NCBI RefSeq assembly: GCF_006345805.1
Contig: NC_043022.1
Span: 22,258,001 to 22,322,000 of the forward strand
Length of the DNA stretch: 64,000 nucleotides
DNA from: Octopus sinensis
Lineage: Eukaryota
Direction: 5' to 3'
Part shown: piece after piece, positions 24,718-37,035 of the stretch
How positions within the stretch are numbered: position 1 is the first letter of the stretch
Layout of the letters: each line of letters begins with the position of its first letter
Notes under the pieces: model-generated
Seen by the model: only the letters and a program-made list of their open reading frames with translations
What the model was told of the DNA's origin: nothing
The model's database searches: none
Made by a program: the position numbers and the translations under genes

Positions 24718-25113
24718 CAAGAACGCAACAGACGATAATAAAACATCAAGACAGATAGACAATACAAAGACAGATAGGAAAAACCAGGGACAGGTCATTC
24801 GCAACCTCCTCTCATCAGTCGAGTTACCAAATTATCCTTACAGTTTTGACCAGAGACTTCAAATGTGTCTGGCCCCAAAAATCTAAGTTAAGAGCATTAA
24901 ATTTTTGGGGAGAAAACATTTAATGCTCTTAACTTAGATTTTTGGGGCTAGCCAGATTTGAACAGTCTCAAGTGTAACCGGCCGAAACTGTAAGAATAAT
25001 TTGGTAACTTGACTGGTGAGAGGAAGCTCCAAATGACCCATCCTTGTTTTTGCCTGTCCGTCTTTGTATCATCTATCTGTCCGGTTGTTTAATTATTGTC
25101 TGTTGCGTTCTTG
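24718..25113. mobile_element. About 400-bp imperfect fold-back element with a 31-bp perfect central stem
   Basis: CAAGAACGCAACAGAC...GTCTGTTGCGTTCTTG ends. Central inverted repeat at about 24872-24948. Confidence 0.75.
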
Positions 25114-25356
25114 AGGTGTTGACTCTAAATTCTATAGAATATCAATAGAGATAAACTTATATAGATATGAGAGACAGGGAGAAATATAAATATATCTATA
25201 AAATTTATAAATGTTTCATATGCAAAAATCTGGCAGAATAATGAAATAAAAGATGTGAAAATAATGATGAAGCTGATGATGAAGATTGTGGTGATGGTAG
25301 TAGCGGTGGCAGTGACTAACATAGAAGTAAGAGGAATAGGAAGGTCTTTGCCTTAC

Positions 25357-25502
25357 CATCTGAAGCACTGTATTTAGTAAGGTTGTTGTTATTGTTCAAC
25401 CATCCTGCAGGTACTTTTCTTTTACTTTTTGTCTTTGGCTGTGTAGTATCATGTCGGATTTTAACATTTCCAGATTTGTAGATTTCATATGCAAGGAGAT
25501 TC
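25357..25502 (-). CDS. ARID domain end plus basic stretch
   Basis: (R)NLLAYE completes the ARID domain. KTKSKRK is an NLS-like basic patch. Donor G|gtaagg. Confidence 0.8.
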
Positions 25503-25624
25503 CTGATAGTAGATGTGGTAAATGTACTGGTAATTATCGCTGACATAACATTAGGGACAATGTCAGTAAGAAAAAAAATCCATGGAAAATGAAGATGACA
25601 CACTTCTAGCAAAAACTGTAGTTA

Positions 25625-25658
<34 letters not shown>

Positions 25659-25991
25659 AGAACAATACTAAGAAAAGACTGAGAATGCATCAAAATTTTT
25701 TAGATACACATATCTGTTTTTGTACTTAAAACATGTTCAATTTTTTAACATAAGGGAAAATAATTTTGTTTTATATATTAATATGTATACTCTCTTTTCC
25801 TTGTTTCAGTCATTTGACTGTGGCCATGCTGGAGCGGCGCCTTTAGTCAAGCAAATCAACCCCAGGACTTATTCTTTGTAAGCCTAGTACTTATTCTATC
25901 GGTCTCTTTTGCCGAACCACTAAGTTACGGGGATGTAAACACACCAGCATCGGTTGTCAAGCAATGTTGGGGGGACAAACATAGACACACA

Positions 25992-26047
<56 letters not shown>

Positions 26048-26805
26048 CAACTGGCTTCTTTCAGTTTCCATCTACCAAATCCACTCACAAGGCTTTGGTT
26101 GGCCTGAGGCTATAGTAGAAGACACTTGCCCAAGATGCCACACAGTGGGACTGAACCCGGAACCATGCGGTTCGTAAGCAAGTTACTTACCACACAGCCA
26201 CTCCTATGGCTATGGAAATAAAAATACAAAAGCTTAACTGAAAATATATTGGTATATACATCCATATGATAAGTTTGACTCAGAATTTGAACTCAGAACG
26301 TAACAGCAAACAAAATACCGCAAAGCATTCCGCACAGCGTGCTAACGATTCTGCCAGCTCGCCGCTTTACTAACTAATCCTCTAAATATTACTACAGTGG
26401 AACATTCACTGATCCCATTATCCAACTGGTAGAGGGCTGTGAGTGCCTGATGATACTCTTGATGGGCATTACAGTGACCTAACCTGAAAATAGATGTGAA
26501 CACAGCCAGTTTCCAAGTAATGATAGTTGACTCTATAGAATGCTTCAGACTGATCCAAATTGATCAGAGCCCCACCAAAGCCTGCTTTCATCGCTGCCCT
26601 CTCTATGATGTTTCACATAAGGTGGAGGTTGTCAAGGGTAGATCTGTGTGAGATCATACACATTTGTGCTTCCCCAACGGCAGTTTTCCATGATTTATAC
26701 ACAATTTCTTTACAAAAATAACAGAACTGATGTCAAATGTGGCTTAGCCAGCCATAACAACAACAACAACAACAACAAAAAGGACAGGCAGAAATAATAG
26801 GGTAC

Positions 26806-26900
26806 CTTTCATAATAGCTTCGGGCAACACGACCTCTGTTTTTCTGTAAAGTATTTGTTACCTCACGGTATATAACAGCCCACTTCATTTTTTCTGTTAC
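26806..26900 (-). CDS. ARID domain, middle exon
   Basis: VTEKMKWAVIYREVT...RSYYER matches the ARID W and YxxY motifs. Junctions ttacag|...AG|gtaccc. Confidence 0.85.
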
Positions 26901-28195
26901 CTGTAATGGTAGATATTGGTAGAACAGTAAGTAAATGAAGCACACACATACAGGTGGTATCAGAAAAATCCCAGACTAGTTCTGTAGTGTACTAAAAGGT
27001 GGCAGCACACAGTTGCATGTGCAGTGAGAGCTAGCAGTGACCTTCAAAAGGGTGTTTTCCGAGTGGCATCACTGTGATTACTTTGCAAATTGTGAAATTT
27101 GTTATTTTGTTATCATATGTATGCGGTAGTCTGTGATTTTGTCATGGACAGGAAGTTGGAACAAAGAACCAACATGAAATTTTGCATTAAACTTGGAAGT
27201 ATAGGCGTAGGAGTGGCTGTGTGGTAACTAGCTTGCTTACAAACCACATGGTTCCGGGTTCAGTGCCACTGCGTGGAACCTTAGGCAAATGTCTTCTACT
27301 ATAGCCAGGAAGTTTGCATTGGTGTCAAAAGGATTAAAATAAGGAAGAATATATTGATAATGGCAAATGTCTTCTACTGACCAAAGCCTTGAGTAGATTT
27401 GGTAGATGGAAACTGAAAGAAGCCCATTGTATATATATATATCATCATCATCATCATCATCAATTAACGTCCGCTTTCCATGCTAGCATATATATATATG
27501 TATAGAAAGGGTATGGCCTGGTCAGCCTGTAATGACATGCATAAGATCTAGTCATCAAATCTAAGTAGAGACTTCAAACTTGAAATCTTCAAAGCCACAG
27601 TCGAACCAATTCTACTATATGGCTCAGAACCCAGGACGTTATCAAAGAAGCTTGAGAGGCGGTTGGATGGAACCTACACTCTCCTCCTTATGAGAGCTCA
27701 AAATCTCTTGTGGAAATGGCATCCAACCAAAATGCAAATATATAGGAAACTACCACCTGTGTCATCTCTTGTGAAAGGTAGGAGAGTCCAGTTTGCTGGA
27801 CATTGTTGTAGAGCTGAAAAAGAGGTAATTTCTACTCTTCTCCTCTGGAAGCCATCTACTCGTACTACCAGAGGGCGCACACTCTCCTACCCTGATGTAA
27901 TCTCCAGGGATACAGGCATCCAGCAACAGGACCTCCGTAATGCCATGATGGACCGTGAAGTCTGGCGTAACATAGTAAATTCTATTGTCTCGACCACGGT
28001 CGACACAATGATGGCGATGATGTATATGTGTGAGTATATATATATATATGTATGTGTGTATATATGTTTGTGTGTCTGTGTTTGTCTCTCCAACATCGAT
28101 TGACAACCAATGCTGGTGTGTTTACGTCTCTGTAACTTAGCGGTTCGGCAAAAGAGACCGATAGAATAACTACTAGGCTTACAAAGAATAAGTCC

Positions 28196-29880
28196 TATAC
28201 GACAAAGTTGCACAGCATGACAGAGGAAGGTACATCAGTACCAATGAGGCATTTTGGTGCATCTTCAATTTTCCCATTCATGAGAGGCACTCAGCCGTCA
28301 TTCATCTGAGTGTCCATCTAGAGAATGGCCACAGGGTTATTTTTATAAAACAAACAGCCTTGCAACAAGCACTTTCTCCAAAAGAAACTAACCTTTTAAG
28401 TTGTGTGAAGTAGATGAAGATGCAAGAAAACTCCTTTATCTACAACTAGCAGTATCGCCCGGCATTGCTCAGGTTTGTAAGGGAAATAACTATATAAGCA
28501 TTTTTAGAGAGTTATTTCCCTTATATAAACCGAGCAAAAATGCATTAAAAATGCGATAAAATGATGGTAAATTTTTTTTTTAAATCGTAGACTCATCGTA
28601 GACGCAAGCTAATGCCCAGAAGGGCTCGATATGAATCACGACTATAAGATACCCGCTTTTGGTTAAACTGCACTGCAAAATGTGGGAGTAGTTAGGAATC
28701 TAAATTGGAGGAGACAGACTCTCACACACACAACTTCAGTTTTATATATAAAGATTACCCAAGTATTACACCTGGAAAAACAATAAATGGCACAAGAGGA
28801 AATGTGGAGCTGACATTCTTGCAAGAGTTTACAGTGTCTACCCAAGCCAAGCAGAATGTTACTACTTACGGCTCCTTTTGCATTAAGTACGCGGTCCCAA
28901 ATCATTCCAAGATTCAAGGAGGGTAAATGGTCATGTGTGTGAAATTTATAGGGCAGCCTGCTATCAAAAATGTTTTCAGAAAATGATGAGAATTGGGACT
29001 TTGCATTGACTGGAGCATCAGTATCAGATTCTCCAAGGAAACTTTGTAACTTTTTTGCAGTTATACTGAACATGTGTCAACTTTGCAGATGAAACATCAT
29101 GAGGATATAGCTGAAGATTTAAAGTATGCAATTCAATAGGCAAACCCAGATATCAATATTCAGTTCTCTGAAACAATTTTAAACCAAGCACTGATTGAAA
29201 TTGATGATCAAGTTCTGGCTATGGGAGGCAAAAATTTGCAAGAGTTTGGCTCTGGACTGCCAAAAACAAATTGTCAAATTAGTGATTTAATTTCAAGACA
29301 TAGCAAGAGAGAAAAATTATGAAATCACACGTTGGCTGCATTTGTGAATGAACATGAACCTAATCTTCTTCCAGAACAATGTTGTACATATGATAAAATT
29401 ATTTCGTCAGTCAGAAAAAAAAGCAGAGGAATTTTGTTTTGAAGCGCCTGGTGGCACAGGTAAAACATTTGTAACATCATTGCTTCTCTCCAAGGTGAGG
29501 CAACAAAAAAGAATTGCAGTTGCTGTAGCATCATCTGGTGTTCCTTCCACCTTTCTCCCAAAAGGAAGAACAGCTCATTCTGCTTTTAAAATCCTGCTAA
29601 ACCTGGTCACAAATGACAGTCCAATTTGTAACATAAGCTAAGGTTCAGGTTCAGCAGAAGTGTTGTGCCAATACCACCTGATCATTTGGGATGAATGCAC
29701 CGTGTTACATAGAGATGCAATGGAAGCTCTTGATAAGACCTTACAGGACATAAGAGGCAATAATAAATCTATGAGAGGAGTTGCATTAGTTTTATCAGGA
29801 AACTTCAGACATTACCAGTCATTCTGAAACAAACAAGATCTGATGAAATAAAAGCATGCATTAAGTCTTCATACCTATGG
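28196..29880 (+). mobile_element. Degenerate Helitron RepHel (PIF1 helicase) relic
   Basis: GRYISTNEAFW..FPIHERH..HLSVHLENG, APGGTGKTF (Walker A), GRTAHSAFK and IIWDEC, with stops and frameshifts. Confidence 0.85.
28444..28755 (+). mobile_element. HINE/DINE-1-like element nested in the Helitron relic (related copy at 59004-59385)
   Basis: AACTAGCAGTATCGCCCGGC start and TTTATATATAAAGAT end. Confidence 0.65.
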
Positions 29881-30089
29881 CAAGCTGTATCAGCCTCTTT
29901 GTCTTTCCCTTGCATAACACTGGTGGTGTGGAGAGGGGAGGCTGGTATGCATGGGCAACTGCAGGTCTTCCATAAACAACCTTGCCCGGACTTGTGCCTG
30001 GGAGGGTAACTTTCTAGATGCAATCCCATGGTCAGTCATGACCGAAGGTCTCAGCATATATATATATATATATAATATATATATATATA

Positions 30090-30208
<119 letters not shown>

Positions 30209-30303
30209 TACACACTATATTCATATTCACATACACAAAAACAGGTGCATATATATTCAACCCTTCATACATGTCCACCACAGTCATGCTTAGATCTACT
30301 TAC

Positions 30304-30456
30304 ATTGTTATAACCGCCTGCATCTAGTACCACACAGTAGAACTGGTATGGATCAATAGTGATATTTTCCCACACTGCGACCTCAAGGTCCATATTGTTG
30401 AAAGTCAGGAACTTTTTCAAATCCACTGAAAAATCTGCTTCATGTCTGTGGTAATT
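30304..30456 (-). CDS. ARID domain, N-terminal half
   Basis: FSVDLKKFLTF...IDPYQFYCVVLDAGGYNN matches the ARID pattern FxxxLxxF...IDLYxxYxxVxxxGGY. Junctions ttatag|...|gtaagt. Confidence 0.85.
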
Positions 30457-30907
30457 CTATAATGATAATAATAATTATTATTTCTACTATAGTAACAAGG
30501 CTAGGAATTTTCAGGGGAGGTGGTTTAGTCAATTACAACAATTTCAGTACTTGCCTGGTACTTTATTTTATTGACCCCTGAAGGACAAAAGGCGAAGTTG
30601 ATCTAAGTGAAATTCAAACTGAGAACATAATGATACAGAAGAAATATTATTAGGAAATTTGTTTGATGCTCTGATTCTGCTGATTTCCTGTCTATACAGA
30701 TAATAATCACCCTAACTGTCTGTAACATAAATATTTTGAAGATTATGAAGAGTTTAGTAAAATAACTAAGTCATTATTGAGCTGCTGGTGTTAGAAACAT
30801 AAATTACCATGAAGTTTTGATGGAAGATTTAAATTGTAATCGCTTTAAAACAAGAAGTTTGCATTGGTGTCAAAAGGATTAAAATAAGGAAGAATATATT
30901 GATAATG

Positions 30908-31215
30908 GGTGGAGGCGCAATGGCCCAGTGGTTAGGGCAGCAGACTTACGGTCATAGGATCGCAGTTTCGATTCCCAGATCGGGCATTGTGAGTGTTTAT
31001 TGAGCGAAAACACCTAAAGCTCCACGATGCTCCGGCAGTGGGTGGTGGCGTTCCCTGCTGTACTCTTTCGCCACAACTTTCACTCTTTCTTCTGTTGGCC
31101 TGCTTGCTTAGCTAGCGTGGTGGCGTCATTTGAAGGCTAAAACAATGTGAAGCGCATTGTGACCAGCGATGTGTAGCAACATCTGATAGCCTGGTCAGTC
31201 ACAGGGATCACGGTG
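30908..31215 (+). mobile_element. SINE family C, full length, with 12-bp TSD
   Basis: TSD atattgataatg on both sides and a tRNA-like head. Confidence 0.88.
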
Positions 31216-31927
31216 ATATTGATAATGTAACCCCTAGACAAACAATGCATGAAAAAAATTGATGGTATGGTTATGGTCAGAATGCTTATGACTGATGGTT
31301 TAGGGACCTGATAGAGGGTTAACCCTTTAGCATTCAGATTATTCTATCATATTTATTCACATTGCTTTGAATTAATCTTGCATTATTTTGTAGCTTCAAG
31401 GCAGCAAGCTGGCAGAAAGGTTGGTACACTGGGCGAAATGCTTAGCAGTATTTCGTCTGTCTTTAGATTCCCAGTTCAAATTCCACTGAGGTCAACTTTG
31501 CCTTTCATCTTTTCGGGGTTGATAAATTAAGTACCAGTTGCATACTGGGGTCAATCTAATTGACTGGCCCTCTCCCCTAAAATTTTAGCCCTTGTGCCTA
31601 GAGTAGAAAAGATTATTTTGTAGCTTCAAGATTTTGATGATGTGATTGTTTATTTTTAGAATGACATGGTAGGGTAGGTGTGAAAGGCCAGATCTGGGTG
31701 GTTTAAATATAAAACAAGTAGAATATTTTTGGCCAGATATGACCAGTTTTAAAGCTAAAGGGTTAAACAATAACAAAACCAACATCAAGAGCTGCACCAA
31801 TAACAGCAACAACAATACCAATAACAACAAGAAAAACAGAGGGACAGCTGAATAGAAAAAAAAGAGAGAAAATAGGTGGGGGGAAGGGGAGAGAAGGGTA
31901 ACCTTATCACCTGATAACAGAAGTTAC

Positions 31928-32097
31928 CTCTATATCTTGTGTCAGTTTTTCTTCCAAACTCATGCTTAGTGTAGGGTTCTTTGTAAAGCGAGTCATTACT
32001 GTTGTACTGTTACTCTGATTCACCTTGATGTTCGGGTCACTACACGGGCGCCGCGGGGTCTTTGGGTAGCCAGATGCCTCATAGACTGTAGAAGTAC
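31928..32097 (-). CDS. CW-PWWP-ARID gene linker exon
   Basis: atctgtag|GT...GAG|gtaact. 56 open codons, phase 1-0, fits both neighbours. Confidence 0.7.
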
Positions 32098-32439
32098 CTA
32101 CAGATAGATGGATAGATAAGTAGGTACTTAGTTTCGTAGGTAGCTATATAGGTAGGCAACCAAGCAGATAGACACACACACACATAAATATATAATCATA
32201 ATCATAATCATATATGAATATCATCGTCATTGTCTAACACCCACTTTTCCATGCTTGCATGGGTCAGATGTCCTTTCTGTCTCCAGCCTCTACCCATTTC
32301 CCAGAAAGGTAATATTTCTCCATTGCCAGACATATTTTTGTGGAAGACTGGAAACAAATTACATTAACTGTATGACAGTGATGCTCATTTACAATCATCA
32401 CATGATGTCAAGACAAGGCTACATACAAACACAACACAC

Positions 32440-32487
<48 letters not shown>

Positions 32488-33714
32488 GAGTTTGTATATG
32501 TGTATGTGTGTGTGTGCATATGTTCCTTATGGATTCAAAAACTGAGTTGCCAATTTTGATGTATGAGGTATCAAAAGATTCAGTAATCATTCAGCTATTA
32601 AATAAAGTATGTTTTTTGCACAACACTTTTTTACTACAAAAATAACCTCAAAAACAAAGTCAGGTTGCACAATTTTGAAGTCTTTAGCTAAGGGAGGCAA
32701 CTACACCCGAACCATCTTTGTCTCAGATAAAGCATAAGAAAATGTTTAAAACACATGGAGTTTTGCCAGGGAATGAAACTTCAAAGATACACCGTCAACT
32801 TTATTGGTATTATTTAGTAGATAATCTTTTAATGTGAAGTATGTTTGTCTGTGTTTTGTTTACCCTACACTCATGCAACCTTTACTCACCCAACCTTCGT
32901 GATCTTGCCCCCACACTCTCTTCTAAATCACCTTCTTCTATTTTGAGGATATGCTTTAACACTTTATTTCCACCCCATTTACTCATAACAATCCTCATTT
33001 GATGTGAACTCGCCATGTATTTTCTCTCCAACAGACCTGTCCCTTTTTATCATACTTTTTATCATACATCTCAACATCTGATTTAAAGCCACCTTCTCTT
33101 TTAATATATCTCCTCTCAGTTCAACAGAGGCTCTTTAGATTTGTGAGTTGCATGGTGACATCATAAGTGCTGGTTCCATGTAAAATGTTCCCAGTACATT
33201 CTGTAAAGTGGATAGCATTAGAAAGAGCATCTCACCATAGAAACCAAGCCAAAACTGAGACATTGGAACAAGACACAGTCCTCATATCTGTTGGATTCTG
33301 TCAAACCTATTTCTTTACTACCCACAAGGGGCTAAACACAGAGAGGACGAACAAGGACAGACAAACGGATTAAGTCGATTATATCGACCCCAGTGCGTAA
33401 CTAGTACTTAATTTATCGACCCTGAAAGGATGAAAGGCAAAGTCGACCTCGGCGGAATTTGAACTCAGAACATAATGGCAGACGAAATACCGCTAAGCAT
33501 TTCGCCTGGCGTGCTAACGTTTCTGCCAGCTCAACGCCTTCTGTCAAACCATCAAACCCATGCCAGCATGGGTTGGATGGTTTAATGAATGTAATGGATT
33601 GCTTTCACACCACCCCAACTCATCACAACTAGCATCACACATCACTATACACAACTACCACCCACACCACCACAACACAATTTCCACCAGTACCACACAC
33701 TTTCTTCAACTCAC

Positions 33715-34195
33715 CTGATCCAACAGAACTACTCTCTATATATTCAGAGACAATGTTTTCTTCACTATCAAAGAAATGTTGCCTCTTAACAAGAGAGTGA
33801 CTACAATGGGTATAGCTTTCTTGTGCTCCTGTGTCCTGGAATTTTGCCGCCACGGTAACTGCAGCTGTTGTTGTTACTACTGGTGCTGTTGTTGTTGATG
33901 GTGCTGTTACTTGTGTCAATCTGGAGAGTTTGGGGTTATCACAACTAGATTCCAATATAGATCTATCATAGAAACTATGTTCTCCTTTTCTGGTGCTTGA
34001 AGTCATGGCCCTATTGTTATTGATGTTATTGTTTCCTATTTTGGTATTGTGTTCACTTCCAGTATAATTGAAGACACATCTTTTCAGTCTGACAGACTTG
34101 GACAACTTCTGAAAGATCTCTGCTTCTTTTAGGGCTCCTTGAATGCTGTTTCCTCTGAATGTGCTTTTATGACCCTTACTTTTAGGCATATACTT
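33715..34195 (-). CDS. PWWP C-terminal helix plus low-complexity linker exon
   Basis: IQGALKEAEIFQKLSKSVRLKRC resembles YKSALQEACLLYGYSHEQRLEMC. Junctions aaacag|...G|gtgagt. Confidence 0.8.
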
Positions 34196-34844
34196 CTGTT
34201 TGACAATGTAATAAAATAAGTTATAAATACAAATATAATAAAATAAAATATAAATACAAATATAAGAAGGGAAATTTTAGATTGTTTCTCATATATATTT
34301 CTTTACTGCCCACAAGGGGCTAAACATAAAGGGGACAAACAAGGACAGACAAAGGGATTAAGTCGATTACATCGACCCGAGTGCGAAACTGGTACTTTAT
34401 TTATCGACCCCGAAAGGATGAAAGGCAAAGTCGACCTCGGCGGAATTTGAACTCAGAACGTAACGGCAGACGAGATACTGCTAAGCATTTCGCCCGGTGT
34501 GCTAACGATTCTGCCAGCTCGCCGCCTTATTGGTTCTCATATAGTCACAAGACCAGAAATTTAGATGCAGGATCATTTGTCTATTGAACTGACTCCAGTA
34601 TGTATTGGTGTTTCATTTTATAGAACCTGGAAGACTGAAAGCAAAGTGGACCTCAGTATGTAAAGAATTGGAGCAAATAAAGCAAGGCATTTTGCCAGAC
34701 ACGATAGCAATTCTACCAATGCACTTCTTTTATAACAAGCCACAGGTATATATAAATATGATAAAATAAAACGACACAGTTCTATATTTAAGAGATGAGG
34801 AATCATGTACATTATTTACATTTGATGGATATTTCTCCTCATCT

Positions 34845-35080
34845 AGGCGTAGTGGTTAAGAACGTGGGCTACTAAACCCAAGATTCTGAGTTCAGTTCCA
34901 GGCAAGGAGGAGGAGGAGAAGAACGCTGCCACCGCTGAAATATATCTAGGAATGAGACCCGAGGTTCGAAATTTCCCCAAGATACCTGATGAAGGTGGAG
35001 GGTATATCAGCTGAAATGTTGTGTTAACAACAAACAACATGAGGACAAATATCTGTCCAATGTAAATAATGTAAATTTAA
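34845..35080 (+). mobile_element. tRNA-headed SINE with a degenerate hammerhead-like tail
   Basis: GGCGTAGTGGTTAAG head. CTGATGA...GAAAT at 34986-35017. Confidence 0.55.
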
Positions 35081-36157
35081 CTAGTCTGGGAATTTTTTGA
35101 TACACCTTGCACATTTACTTTCAATGCTGGCTTGGGCTGGACAGGTCATTTCTGCCCATCTAGATGGGTTGTGGGGCCACATCTTGCTCCTAAGTTTCAT
35201 TTTGGTTTCTGTTCTACAACTACATACACTTCCTAACACCAATCATTTTACAACATGTACTGGATGCATTTTTGTGCACTAGAAAAGTTATCACATTTTC
35301 AACAAGACACTAGGTAGACTTTTGAAATGCTAGTCCTTCATTGGAAGTTTATAGAAATAAAAGAGGAGACTGACAGAGAAAGTGGCTGGAAAAAGATAAA
35401 AAGAACATCTTCCAACCTGAATCTTAACTCCTCTCTTTCTCTACTGAAGAGAGAAGCGAGGTATATAAATATTATGTTAAGATTGGAAAAGTCTGATCTT
35501 TGTTTTCAAACAAAAATGAACAACTGCAGACATAGTCTACTCAACCTCCATTGATCAGTTTAGCAAAGACTTTTACTTAGAGAAAACAAATGACAAATAA
35601 TTTTGAGCCAATATAATTTGAATAAACAAGGATCTTTTCGGTTTGTACAGCAGTTTTTTAAAATAATTTCTAGGTAACTAAAAAATTTTAAACATCGTAT
35701 ACTGGTAGAATGTGTTTATAAAACATCTTTTTCTCTTGGCTTTCTTGGGAAAATTCTATAGTTTGTAAGATATTTGTTGTTTTTTTCTTCAATTTCTGAA
35801 ATTTCAACCAATTACTGACGTCTATTGAGGTAAAAAAAACATTCTGTGCCATATGAATAGGTCCCTCGTTTAAGAAACAGATTGGGTTTATTTACATTTG
35901 TGAAGAAAAAAAGATACCCTTCCCCCCACCCCTAACCCTAACACTAACCCTAACTAACCCTAGCCCTAAAACAGATTGAAATGCAATAGATCGATACTAG
36001 GGTCATAATTATGGGTGACAATTTCATATGACACTGCTAGAAAAAACTGCCGTTGAAACCGAAAAGATCCATAAATAATAAAAAATGATGGGAGTTATAG
36101 AAAATAACCCAAATGTTTTCCTTTCTGTTGTATTGTTGTTACTGTTGTTTTTCTTAC

Positions 36158-36362
36158 CTTTAAAACTAATGATTGAGGGTTGCTATCTAACAAGTGAATA
36201 CAGCTGCTTGAAATCCAAGCATGAGAGTGAGGGGTGCCCAAGAACTCCACATGGTAACTGTCTACAACAATCTCTTCCATGTCCTTGTGTTTCCTTTGCT
36301 CTTCTTCCTGGTACTCAACGTATGTGTTATAGAATGGATCAAAACTTACAACAGCTGGCCAC
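36158..36362 (-). CDS. PWWP domain exon
   Basis: WPAVV...YHVEFLGTPHSHAWI resembles ZCWPW2 WPGIL...YHIEFLGDPHSRSWI. Junctions tttcag|...|gtaaga. Confidence 0.9.
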
Positions 36363-36429
36363 CTGAAATAATAACCCAGAATAAGAAAAGTTTTCATCCT
36401 TGCACTCCATCAATTAGCACAGCTATCAC

Positions 36430-37035
36430 TTCACACTCGCTCACAACATCATAAGCGGAAAGTGTAACCTCTCGAAAGAGCTGTTCTTCACTCCTGCTCC
36501 AGAGCGTGGGGTGCGGGGTCACTCCGAAAGGTAGGAGAGTCCAGTTTGCTGGACATTGTTGTAGAGCTGAAAAAGAGGTAATTTCTACTCTTCTCCTCTG
36601 GAAGCCATCTACTCGCAATACCAGAGGGCGCACACTCTCCTACCCTGATGTAATCTCCAGGGATACAGGCATCCAGCAACAGGACCTCCGTAATGCCATG
36701 ATGGACCGTGAAGTCTGGCGTAGCATGGTAAATTCCATTGTCTCGACCACGGTCGAACAATGATGATGATGATGATGTCACTCCGAAAAGCTCTATCTAT
36801 GACGATTTCATCTCAATCGAAGGAGAGGGGCTTTCTCCGTCCGGGTTGCGGATCCGTGGAATAAGCTGCCGGACGAGATAGTCAAGATGCCGACGACCGA
36901 TCGGATCAAAGTCTCTCTTGACTGGAAATGGCTGAGCTCTTTGTAAGACCGTCCTCCCTGTACATAACTCCCTGTCCCCTTACATGGCCTTGCTTTTGCT
37001 TTTTGAACCAATAAAAATTAAATTAAATTAAAAAT
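36430..37035 (+). mobile_element. CR1-like LINE 3' end interrupted by an RTE insertion
   Basis: 12-bp TSD gtcactccgaaa at 36518 and 36777. (AATTA)n tail. Confidence 0.85.

Noticed and set aside
24330-24886. ORFs rich in I/Y/H/T (also 16462-17196, 18188-18561, 29890-30313, 61795-62134)
   Set aside because: These are translations of (TA)n, (CA)n and (TAA)n microsatellites.
24955-25005. Hammerhead-like GGCCGAAACTGTA
   Set aside because: No CUGANGA box and no stem I partner.
30908-30985. tRNA genes
   Set aside because: The tRNA-like segments are SINE heads that continue into SINE bodies with tails and TSDs. No standalone cloverleaf was found.
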